32,000 bases of DNA from Thermodesulfobacteriota bacterium (GTDB taxonomy: Bacteria > Desulfobacterota > WTBG01 > JAGOGO01): NCBI GenBank assembly GCA_026625185.1, contig CP113000.1, positions 525,622 to 557,621 of the forward strand, written 5' to 3'. Every line of letters starts with the position of its first letter. Positions within the stretch are counted from its first letter, which is position 1. Both the position numbers and the translations under genes were made by a program. Below, piece by piece: positions 15,984 through 23,869 of the stretch. Under the pieces are notes generated by a model, which was given only the letters and a program-made list of their open reading frames with translations, was not told the origin of the DNA and made no database searches.

Positions 15984-17507
15984 TTACCTGCCTCGTCCTC
16001 CGCCACCATTGAAACCACTACCGCCGCCAAAAAATCCACCGGCATTGCCATGAGAGCTTCCGCCGCCACCGCGCCCTCCACTGTTACCGCCATGGGAACC
16101 CCCGCTGCTTAAGAACCCACGACCGCCACTACTCTGGGATAATCCCCCTCGCGGGCTTTCGCGACGGCTGAACTGACGGTTACCGGTGAAACTATTTCTC
16201 GTTCCCTCCCCAAAACCCCTGAAAGTGCTGGTCCGATCTCTTTGCTGCAATCGTTCGCGCGCTCCGAATTCTCTTGGCGTAAAACTTCGTTGAGAGCCAA
16301 ACTGCTGATCAAACCTTCTCTGCCGGGAGCCAAAGTTATCGCGAGCAACTCCTTGTGGTTGAAAAGATTCAGTTGGCTGACGGCGAAATCCCTGGTCTCC
16401 ATATCCTCGAAATTCATTTCTGCTTTGCATCGACTTTTCGGGAGAACGCCTGACACGTTCACTTGTGCCAAACTCTCCTCGCTCGAAATTTCTTTGAGAA
16501 CCCAATTGCTGATTTTGTCCTCTCTGACGGGACTCAAAGTTATTGTGAGCGATTCCCGGTCGTTGAAAAGATGCATCCGGGTTGTGGTAAAACCGTTGAT
16601 CCCCATTTTCCCGAAATTCGTTTCTTCCTTGAACCGACCTCTCGGGATGCTGTCCGAAACGACGGCTTGTTTTCCGATCCCAATAGGCAACCCCTCGTCG
16701 ATGCCCAGAATTATGTTCCCACCGTTGCCGGCCATAGGACCCGTCGTGGTAAAAATGATGAAAACGCCCGGCGCGGCCATAATCGACATAAATATCATGA
16801 TGGCCCCAGTCCCAATCACACCAACCAAAAAGCCCTGCGGTTGTAAATCCGAAAGCAAAGTCAAACACGCCGCTGACAATACTTATGCCAGCATAACCGA
16901 TCGTAAAAGGAAGGTAAGCGGGATACCACCATGGTCCATAAACCCAGAGGGGATCATAGACCGGCACATACATTTCTCCCGGATATGCCGGCGCAATCGT
17001 GATCGCTCCCGGTTCCCCAGCCACCAGCTGTTCTTGTGTGGAACGAAGGTTTCCAGCCGCCTCAGCCTTGGCACGCAAATCCTGAATCGTATCCATAACA
17101 TCATCTTTTTGAACAAGAAAAGCATCACCCAACCGTGAGGTCCACTCAATATTTTCGTCCATCATGGCTAAAATCTGCGGAAAATGGGCAAGTGACTTTA
17201 CGCTCACATCCCAATCTTTCTCCAATAACGCTTCATCTAACAATTCATCTTTCAAATCAGGGTGTTGGCTGACCCAGCGGGCAGCCTCCACCACTTCCAA
17301 CGGATAGGTAGCTGCCATCAGCATCGGAGCAAGCAGCGAGTCCGGGTAAAGGGCGATTGGAGCAAGCATTTGATCCAGTTCTTCTTCCGAAAATCTGTCT
17401 TGAGGGCTAACAGTCATAGCCTCATATCCAAAAACCAATGGCGGCGCCAAAATAATGGCACTAAGAAACACCAGAGATATCCTTAGAAAAGCACTTTTTT
17501 TATTCAT
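15984..17507 (-). CDS. DUF3300-domain secreted protein with internally duplicated, Q/R/F-rich and Gly-rich C-terminus
   Basis: 507 aa with a signal peptide. It carries the DUF3300 signature (EELDQMLAPIALYPDSLLAPMLMAATYPLEVVEAARW). There is a two-unit ~69-aa tandem repeat and a terminal GGRGGGGSSHGN...GGGGRGR tail. Confidence 0.8.
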   Translation of the reverse strand: MNKKSAFLRISLVFLSAIILAPPLVFGYEAMTVSPQDRFSEEELDQMLAPIALYPDSLLAPMLMAATYPLEVVEAARWVSQHPDLKDELLDEALLEKDWDVSVKSLAHFPQILAMMDENIEWTSRLGDAFLVQKDDVMDTIQDLRAKAEAAGNLRSTQEQLVAGEPGAITIAPAYPGEMYVPVYDPLWVYGPWWYPAYLPFTIGYAGISIVSGVFDFAFGFTTAGLFGWCDWDWGHHDIYVDYGRAGRFHHFYHDGSYGRQRWEHNSGHRRGVAYWDRKTSRRFGQHPERSVQGRNEFRENGDQRFYHNPDASFQRPGIAHNNFESRQRGQNQQLGSQRNFERGEFGTSERVRRSPEKSMQSRNEFRGYGDQGFRRQPTESFQPQGVARDNFGSRQRRFDQQFGSQRSFTPREFGARERLQQRDRTSTFRGFGEGTRNSFTGNRQFSRRESPRGGLSQSSGGRGFLSSGGSHGGNSGGRGGGGSSHGNAGGFFGGGSGFNGGGGRGR

Positions 17508-17704
17508 CAGTTAACCTTCCTGAAGTTTTTAAAGGTTATTCCATTAATCTTTTAGCCTGCCTTAAGTCGGCATTCAATTTAACTTAGCTTTCATATGGTA
17601 AGACGTAATATCTCTTTATTAGTTTACAATAAATATTGTCACAAAATTTATTATTTTAATCATAAACTTATTATTAAGGTTTTTGTTGAAGTAGTTTTAA
17701 TCCA

Positions 17705-17735
17705 ATAAAAAAGGGCCTCGAAGGTAGTCCCTTTT
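17705..17735 (-). terminator. orphan rho-independent terminator-like hairpin
   Basis: The minus strand reads GGG-acta-CCT-tcg-AGG-CCC followed by TTTTTTATTGGA. The 3' half plus T-tract (GAGGCCCTTTTTTATTGGA) is near-identical to the msrAB terminator at 22045-22083 (GAGGCCTTTTTTATTGGA). No confident gene lies upstream of it on that strand. Confidence 0.4.
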
Positions 17736-17879
17736 CAACCCATTTTTTGCTCCCATTTCAATATCATAACAAATCTAAACCGGATAAAATACCAAAATGC
17801 TATTTTGTTAATTTCATTCATCTTCTTCTTTCTTGTCATCCATGATTTCCCATCAAAACAGCCGGTTAACCATTTGGTC

Positions 17880-17904
17880 GGCGGTTCGAGGCCGTCCCGG
17901 GGTG
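17880..17904 (+). other. tRNA 3'-end-like fragment (T-arm plus acceptor strand), not a complete tRNA
   Basis: GGCGG-TTCGAGG-CCGTC (a 5-bp stem with one G-U pair and a TTCGAGG loop, T-loop-like) is followed by CCGGGGT-G. I could find no matching 5' acceptor strand, D-arm or anticodon arm upstream. Confidence 0.3.
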
Positions 17905-18049
17905 TAAATAAATTCAAGGGATAAACAGCCAGTTCCAAGAATGCTCTAACTTTCTATATAAAATGCCAAGTACCTTGAACTTCTTTTTAAAAAGTGGTAT
18001 TTTTTTCGATATGGTCTAAAATATTTCATCCGTATAAAAGGAGGCGACG

Positions 18050-18766
18050 ATGAAAAAAACATCTTTTATACTTATGAGTTTTCTTTTATTTTTTGCTGCA
18101 TCCGGTAACGCCGGCTTACTGGATAGTGTTACGCAGGGCGCGGGGATTCCCCAGCAGAAAAGCTCGGATGATAGCACCGTCGCATCCGGCCTGAAAGAAG
18201 CCCTCTCTATCGGGACTAAAAACGCAGTTACCTCAGTCTCGCGAACGGACGGATATTTTGGCAACGCGATGATTAAGATTCTTATGCCCGAAAAAATACA
18301 GAGTGTTGCCGGGGTGCTGGGAAAGTTGGGCTACCAAAAGCAGGTGGATGATTTTATTCTCAGCATGAACCGGGCCGCGGAAAAAGCCGCTCCTCAAGCC
18401 GCGTCTATTTTTGTCGGCGCGATCAAGGAAATGACATTGGAAGACGCCAAAGGAATCCTCGCGGGTGGGGATACTTCCGCGACCGATTACTTCAAGAGAA
18501 AAACCTCGGATAACATTTATACGGCCTTTAAGCCGATTATTTCTTCAAGCATGAATGAGGTCGGAGTTACCCGCTCGTATAAAGCAATGATGGACAAATA
18601 CACCGCCTTACCGTTTATGAAGTCACCGTCCCTTGACCTTGACCATTACGTAACCAGCAAGGCGATGGACGGTCTTTTTTATATGATCGGACAGGAAGAG
18701 AAAAAAATCAGAACCAACCCGGCGGCGCGGGTTACCGACCTTTTAAAGAAAGTTTTTGGAAAATAA
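18050..18766 (+). CDS. DUF4197-family periplasmic protein
   Basis: 238 aa. AAAGGAGG lies upstream of the ATG and there is a signal peptide. Motifs match DUF4197 from memory: GLKEALSIGTKNAV, MNRAAEKAAPQA, DLDHYVTSKAMDGLFYMIGQEEKKIRTNPAARVTDLLKKVFG. Confidence 0.8.
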   Translation: MKKTSFILMSFLLFFAASGNAGLLDSVTQGAGIPQQKSSDDSTVASGLKEALSIGTKNAVTSVSRTDGYFGNAMIKILMPEKIQSVAGVLGKLGYQKQVDDFILSMNRAAEKAAPQAASIFVGAIKEMTLEDAKGILAGGDTSATDYFKRKTSDNIYTAFKPIISSSMNEVGVTRSYKAMMDKYTALPFMKSPSLDLDHYVTSKAMDGLFYMIGQEEKKIRTNPAARVTDLLKKVFGK

Positions 18767-18792
18767 AAAAACGCTCCCCCTTATCCGATTAA

Positions 18793-19020
18793 AGCTTTAA
18801 TGATAAACTCCGTGATGAATGCTCAACGAACACTGGTTTGGAACTCTTCAGGATGCCCAAGAGAAAATCGAGGTCTGGCGACAGCAGTACAATAAGCAAC
18901 GACCCCACAGCTCTTTAACCGGGTTAACACCTATGACCTTTTTAAAAAATACCTAATTAAAAATCATACTAGGGAAGAATGTGTCAACTTGAAACTGTCC
19001 CAAACCATGAGGTAAGGTCA
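18793..19020 (+). mobile_element. 5'-truncated IS3-family insertion-sequence remnant (transposase C-terminus plus probable right inverted repeat)
   Basis: It translates as SFNDKLRDEC, then a -1 frameshift at ~18822, then LNEHWFGTLQDAQEKIEVWRQQYNKQRPHSSLTGLTPMTFLKNT with a stop at 18954-18956. This matches the conserved C-terminal end of IS3-family OrfB/rve transposases (ESFNGxLRDECLNxxWFxSLxxAxxxIExWRxxYNxxRPHSSLGxxTPxxF). The sequence ending ...GGTAAGGTCA at 19020 reads TGACCT... on the other strand and is a plausible IS3-type terminus. Nothing from the first ~85% of an IS is present. Confidence 0.7.
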
Positions 19021-19182
19021 GAGACATTCCGAGAGGAAAGAATTAGATTGAACCAGACTTAGTTATGCCAACGATGCTTAAACTGTGAAGATGACCGGGG
19101 CGGCGGGGAAAATGGCTTTGCTGAAGATGTTGAGAATTGGCTTTTACCAATTAACCTTTTTAACAATAGAAAGGAGGAAATT

Positions 19183-19881
19183 ATGTCAATTCTAAACCGT
19201 TCAACAGCGGAGTTTATCGGGACATTCTGGCTTGTCTTTGGCGGCTGCGGTAGCGCCGTGCTCTCAGCCGCCTTCCCGGATTTAGGCATTGGTTTTCTGG
19301 GCGTTGCCCTGGCTTTCGGTTTAACCGTATTGACGATGGCGTATGCTATCGGCCATATTTCCGGATGTCATCTCAACCCGGCGGTCTCAGTGGGCCTTTG
19401 GGCAGGAAAGCGGTTTTCAGCAGGTGATCTGCTTCCCTATATCATTGCCCAGGTTGCGGGCGCCGTTGTCGCAGCCGGTGTCCTCTATCTTATTGCCAGC
19501 GGAAAAACCGGTTTTGATCTAAGCGCGGGATTTGCCTCAAACGGTTATGGTGAACACTCTCCCGGTGGTTATCCCCTCTCCTCTGCCCTGATTGCTGAAA
19601 TGGTTCTTACCTTTATGTTTCTTTTCATTATCTTAGGAGCTACTGATGATCGTGCACCCAAAGGATTTGCCCCCATAGCTATTGGCCTGGGGTTGACGCT
19701 CATTCATCTCATTGGTATCCCGGTTACCAATACCTCGGTTAACCCGGCGCGGAGCACGGGTCCGGCTCTTTTTGTCGGGGGTTGGGCATTAAAACAGCTG
19801 TGGCTTTTCTGGGTTGCTCCGATCGCGGGTGCGATCCTGGCTGGTTTAATCTACCGGCTGGTGAGTGGAGAAAAGAAGTAG
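19183..19881 (+). CDS. aqpZ: aquaporin Z
   Basis: 232 aa. AAAGGAGG lies upstream. It has the [19 protein letters not shown]-terminus and two NPA boxes ([13 protein letters not shown]). Confidence 0.93.
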   Translation: MSILNRSTAEFIGTFWLVFGGCGSAVLSAAFPDLGIGFLGVALAFGLTVLTMAYAIGHISGCHLNPAVSVGLWAGKRFSAGDLLPYIIAQVAGAVVAAGVLYLIASGKTGFDLSAGFASNGYGEHSPGGYPLSSALIAEMVLTFMFLFIILGATDDRAPKGFAPIAIGLGLTLIHLIGIPVTNTSVNPARSTGPALFVGGWALKQLWLFWVAPIAGAILAGLIYRLVSGEKK

Positions 19882-19898
19882 CATAAAAAAGGCTTTTC

Positions 19899-19968
19899 GG
19901 AATTACAGGAGGTGATACCAGGTCTCTTTAAGAAATTAGCGCCTCTTAGTTCCGGGATATTTTTTTTT
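19899..19968 (+). terminator. possible aqpZ terminator (long imperfect stem plus T9)
   Basis: GGAATTACAGGAGGTG (19899-19914) pairs with CGCCTCTTAGTTCC (19940-19953): about 12 Watson-Crick and 2 G-U pairs with 2 bulges. A T9 run follows at 19960-19968 after a 6-nt gap. The geometry is atypical, so confidence is low. Confidence 0.35.
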
Positions 19969-19995
19969 GGACTCAATGCAAGGGAGGGAAAAGCT

Positions 19996-21498
19996 ATGGA
20001 AACCATCATGAATCAATTTACTCAGTTAACCGGGTCATACATTCCCAGGCTTCTGGGTGCCCTGGTGATCCTGGTTGTCGGGTGGCTCGTCGCCATCCTT
20101 ATTACGGGAGCAATCCGAAAGGTTTTAATTCACTTCAAGTTGGACTCTCATCTCACCCGCTGGACAAGCGGAGGGGGGAAAGAAGAGCCGATCGCTGCCC
20201 GTTTTATTGCCAAGCTTATGTTCTATGTGATTATGCTTTTTGTCATTGTGGCCACGTTTGAAGCCCTCGGCATAACCCTTATCACCCAGCCCATAAACAC
20301 TCTCCTGAACGAATTACTTGCCTTCGCTCCACAACTGCTCGGTGCCCTTTTGCTGGCGATCGTGGCCTTTATCGTTGCCAAGGCTTTTCAGATCGTTGTA
20401 GCAAAAGGGTTGGGTGCTTTGAAGATGGATGAACAGCTCGAGGGTAAGGCTGGGATCAAGGCTGGGAAACAGCCTCTGGCCCAATCACTTTCCAACGGGA
20501 TTTTCTGGTTGGTGTTGCTGCTCTTTCTCCCGGCAATCCTGAGCACGCTGGGTGTGGAAGGGTTGCTTAAACCGGTCCAGGGGATGGTAGAAAAAATTCT
20601 TGCTTTTTTACCAAACATCTTCACCGCGGTGGTTATCGTTTTGCTGGGCTGGCTTCTTGCCCGCATGGTGCAGAGAATTGTGACCAATTTCTTTGAAGCC
20701 ATCGGCACTGACCGGTTAAGCGAGAAAGTCGGCATGGCCTCAGCCATGGGAAAGAAAAAGCTTTCCAGCGTTCTGGGGATGCTGGTCTATATTCTGATCT
20801 TGATTCCCATCCTGGTGGCAGCGCTGAATGCCCTTGCTTTGGAAGCGATTACCCAGCCGGCCAGCAAGATGCTTGAAATGATCCTCATGGCGATCCCCAA
20901 CGTTTTTGCTGCCCTGCTTATTCTTATTATCTCCTATATGATCGGCCGTGTGTTAGCAGGCCTGGTTGCCAGCATCCTCGAAGGAGCCGGGTTTAATTCT
21001 GTCCTGGCCCGGCTGGGCATCGGTGATGAGATTCCGGCTGACAAAAAATGGACACCGGCAATCGTGATCGGCAATATCGTGCTCATTGGCATTATGTTGT
21101 TTGCGTTTATCGAGGCGGTCAACCGGCTCGGATTTGCCAAAATGGCGGATATGCTTGCAGGCTTTACGGTCCTGGCAGGTCAGGTAATCCTGGGGCTGGT
21201 TATTTTTGGTGTTGGCCTCCTTCTGGCCAAACTGGTTTCCAAAGCAATTTTGTCCACTGCTCCAGCGCAGGCATCAGTCCTGGCCATGACCGCACGGATT
21301 GCAATCATGGTTCTGGCCGGCGCTATTGCGCTGCGTCAAATGGGACTGGCGAATGAGATTATTAGCCTGGCGTTTGGTCTGATCATTGGCGCAATCGCCC
21401 TTGCTCTGGCTTTAGCTTTTGGCATTGGTGGACGTGAAACCGCGGCTAAAGAACTGGAGGATTGGGTAAAGTCAATGAAAACAAAAACAGGCAAGTAA
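19996..21498 (+). CDS. multi-pass membrane protein with conserved TM-helix repeats (CmpX-like, mechanosensitive-channel related)
   Basis: The ORF track opens at GTG 19912, which overlaps an AGGAGG and is not a credible start. The ATG at 19996 has GGGAGGG 7 nt upstream. About 500 aa, with repeated units of the type P-x-LLGALxILxxGWLxA. Confidence 0.75.
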   Translation: METIMNQFTQLTGSYIPRLLGALVILVVGWLVAILITGAIRKVLIHFKLDSHLTRWTSGGGKEEPIAARFIAKLMFYVIMLFVIVATFEALGITLITQPINTLLNELLAFAPQLLGALLLAIVAFIVAKAFQIVVAKGLGALKMDEQLEGKAGIKAGKQPLAQSLSNGIFWLVLLLFLPAILSTLGVEGLLKPVQGMVEKILAFLPNIFTAVVIVLLGWLLARMVQRIVTNFFEAIGTDRLSEKVGMASAMGKKKLSSVLGMLVYILILIPILVAALNALALEAITQPASKMLEMILMAIPNVFAALLILIISYMIGRVLAGLVASILEGAGFNSVLARLGIGDEIPADKKWTPAIVIGNIVLIGIMLFAFIEAVNRLGFAKMADMLAGFTVLAGQVILGLVIFGVGLLLAKLVSKAILSTAPAQASVLAMTARIAIMVLAGAIALRQMGLANEIISLAFGLIIGAIALALALAFGIGGRETAAKELEDWVKSMKTKTGK

Positions 21499-21535
21499 CA
21501 GTACACAGGAACCCCGAATTCTCTATGAACAACTA

Positions 21536-21585
21536 ACGGGAAGTTGTTGAACAATAGTTTTTCAGCGACTTCCCGTGTTTTTTTC
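21536..21585 (+). terminator. rho-independent terminator of the CmpX-like gene
   Basis: ACGGGAAGT ... ACTTCCCGT is a 9-bp perfect stem followed by GTTTTTTT, 38 nt after the stop codon. Confidence 0.7.
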
Positions 21586-21802
21586 TTGTGTTGCATGGTA
21601 AAGCGGGCAAAGTTTAACGACAAAGGTCCAAAATTGAGACCCTTTTCATTTATTAGGCTGTTTTAGTTTTTTGTAAAATTGTATGGTTTTTTTGTCTATT
21701 AGACAATCTGAAACCGGCCAAAACAGACCTAAATTGATTACTCCGGAGCTTAATTTCTCTACATAAACCTAGCCACTTAGTTAACCCATAGAAACAACTA
21801 AG

Positions 21803-21923
21803 ACCAAGTTGCATTCAAAAGTAGATCGAGGCGGCGACGAGGAATCGACGCAGGCGTACATTTAAGTACGTCGAGGAGTATGACGAGGAGCCAACAAAGA
21901 TATACAAATGAAGGCGACTTGGT
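21803..21923 (+). repeat. structured element related to the core hairpin module of the mosaic repeat family
   Basis: ACCAAGTTGC (21803-21812) and GCGACTTGGT (21914-21923) form a 10-bp inverted repeat with one mismatch. They enclose GAATCGACGCAGGCGTAC-atttaa-GTACGTCGAGG. That sequence parallels AATCCGACGGAATGAGGCGTAC-ttacct-GTACGCCGC in the long repeats. Confidence 0.4.
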
Positions 21924-22044
21924 ATAAACTCTTTATCTTGGAACTGAAGTTCCGTGTTCAGCAGAGTAAGGGATAAGCCCAAAAAAATTTTGTCAACAAA
22001 AAAGTTATTCCTTTAAAGGAGAATAGCTTCTCATTCTCTCCTCC

Positions 22045-22083
22045 AATAAAAAAGGCCTCAAGTGAAATCCCTTTTATGAGGCC
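22045..22083 (-). terminator. rho-independent terminator of msrAB
   Basis: The minus strand reads GGCCTCA-(16-nt loop)-TGAGGCC followed by TTTTTTATT, about 30 nt downstream of the msrAB stop codon. Confidence 0.7.
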
Positions 22084-22112
22084 TACTGAATTATGCCACC
22101 CGATTACGGTTT

Positions 22113-23195
22113 TTATGGTTTTTTTGTAAAAAGCTTTAGATATTCCCCATACCCTTCTTTTTCCAAATCTTCCTTGGGTATAAAACGCAGGGCAGCGGAA
22201 TTCATGCAGTAACGCAAGCCCGTAGGCGCAGGCCCGTCATCAAAAACATGGCCAAGATGAGAATCAGCATGAGCGCTTCTCACTTCGGTCCGGGCCATAA
22301 AAAAACTTTTATCAATTTTGGTTACAATGTTTTTAGGCTCAAGCGGACGAGTAAAACTGGGCCAACCGGTTCCGGAATCATATTTGTCAAGAGAGCTGAA
22401 AAGCGGCTCACCGGAGACAATGTCGACATAAATCCCTTCCTTTTTATTATCCCAATAGGCATTGTCAAAAGCCGGCTCAGTACCGCATCCCTGGGTGACT
22501 TCGTACTGCAGGGATGTTAACTTTTTTTTCAGCTCTTCCTTACCGGATTTTTGGGATTCTGAATTGGTCTCTGTTGGGTCTGGTGGTTTCTCATTATTAT
22601 TCCATCTCTTTTTTAAATACTCATCACGGCCGGAATTAACCCGGTAGAATTCATAGGGCATTGGGTTTTTTCGGTAGTAACACTGGTGATAAGCCTCGGC
22701 TTTATAAAAAACTGAGGCTTTTATGATTTCGGTGACAATAGGTTTGTCAAACCTCCCGGATTTTCCGAGTTCTTCTTTGGATTTTTCCGCCAGACCTTTT
22801 TGCTCGTCATTATGGTAAAAAATCGCAGAGCGATATTGCTTGCCCCGGTCGGCGAACTGTCCTCCCTCGTCAGTAGGATCGATTTGTCGCCAGAATACAT
22901 CCAGTAGATCAGAATACGTTATCTTAGAAGAATCATAGGTAATCTGAACTGCCTCCAGGTGGCCTTTTTCCCCATAATCCTCATACGTCGGATTTTGACC
23001 TAATCCGCCGGTATAACCGGAAACCACATCGATGACGCCGCTTAATTTTTCAAATGGTTTCTCCATGCACCAAAAACATCCGCCGGCAAAGGTCGCGGTT
23101 GCAAATGGTTGCTGGGCGCTGACGATAGTGGACAAAATCAAAACAATAAACAAAGTCAAGGCCAATAGTTCCGTCAGTATTTTAATCTTTACCAT
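22113..23195 (-). CDS. msrAB: exported bifunctional methionine sulfoxide reductase MsrA-MsrB
   Basis: The ORF is open to 23258, but the ATG at 23195 has TAAGGAG 6 nt upstream and begins with a signal/anchor sequence ([27 protein letters not shown]). It carries the MsrA motif GGCFWCME and the MsrB motifs GTGWPSF and [11 protein letters not shown]. Confidence 0.92.
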   Translation of the reverse strand: MVKIKILTELLALTLFIVLILSTIVSAQQPFATATFAGGCFWCMEKPFEKLSGVIDVVSGYTGGLGQNPTYEDYGEKGHLEAVQITYDSSKITYSDLLDVFWRQIDPTDEGGQFADRGKQYRSAIFYHNDEQKGLAEKSKEELGKSGRFDKPIVTEIIKASVFYKAEAYHQCYYRKNPMPYEFYRVNSGRDEYLKKRWNNNEKPPDPTETNSESQKSGKEELKKKLTSLQYEVTQGCGTEPAFDNAYWDNKKEGIYVDIVSGEPLFSSLDKYDSGTGWPSFTRPLEPKNIVTKIDKSFFMARTEVRSAHADSHLGHVFDDGPAPTGLRYCMNSAALRFIPKEDLEKEGYGEYLKLFTKKP

Positions 23196-23321
23196 GAAAA
23201 TGCTCCTTAATTTATAACCGCCATCACTAGCAAAACATCGCATGCTTTCGAAAAGCACATCCCTTTTAATAATATACTCATTTTATTCGAAAATAAAAAA
23301 TTTGCCTGGTTTGCAAAAAAT

Positions 23322-23629
23322 GATGAAGCCGTAAAAAGTCAAAATCAGACGGGACAGTAAAAAACTGCAGAAGCAAGGCGCGCAAATCCGACGGAATGAG
23401 GCGTACTTACCTGTACGCCGCAATGATTCACCCCGTTAAATAAAAATTGGAGATCGGCAACTAAGAACCCGGACCCTTACCTTGGCTTTTCTTCCTCCGG
23501 AAGCAAACATTTAACGGGGCAGGGGATGCAGCGCCTGTCCCCGTGCAACGCACAGGGGGCAACGCCGCAGATGGCGCGCTTCAGTTCTTTATCCCCCGCC
23601 GCAAGGCGGGACTTTTTACGAAGCCGTCA
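23322..23629 (+). repeat. structured mosaic intergenic repeat, long copy 2 (308 bp)
   Basis: Same termini as the other copies (GATGAAGCCGTAAAAAGTC ... GACTTTTTACGAAGCCGTCA). Its ~150-nt core differs from copy 3 at only 3 positions by my manual alignment. It carries two extra hairpin cassettes: CCCCGTGC-aac-GCACaGGGG (23539-23558) and CCCGCC-GCAA-GGCGGG (23595-23610, a GNRA tetraloop). Confidence 0.85.
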
Positions 23630-23869
23630 AAAATAACCGCCGCATTACCACAACCGGCTGGCCAGGTTCTCAAATCCTTGATGATCATTTTTTTACTTAA
23701 TCATAAAAATTCATCCTCTTGTTTTTTGGTTGAATCTGGTATAACTTTTATCCTTAAGTGAAAAAAGTGCCTCGCGGATAAGATGGTAAACAAAGCGGAT
23801 TACTCGCAATGCTATTTCTCACCTTCACAAAAAGAGGGTGTAATAATTTTAAAGAGGAGTCGGTATCGT

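Noticed and set aside
16109-17138. 256-aa minus-strand and 298-aa plus-strand ORFs overlapping the DUF3300 gene
   Set aside because: Only the 15984-17507 frame has a signal peptide and the DUF3300 signature. The other two frames stay open because of the repetitive, codon-biased sequence and have no start context.
17820-17905. A complete tRNA gene ending at 17904
   Set aside because: Only the T-arm and 3' acceptor strand can be drawn. There is no complementary 5' acceptor strand (ACCCCGG-like). No 5-bp anticodon stem could be formed in any register of the preceding 25 nt.
22005-22040. 9-codon minus-strand ORF (MRSYSPLKE) after GGAGGAG, just downstream of the msrAB terminator
   Set aside because: It is too short, sits immediately after a terminator T-tract with no promoter, and the SD-like sequence is probably fortuitous.
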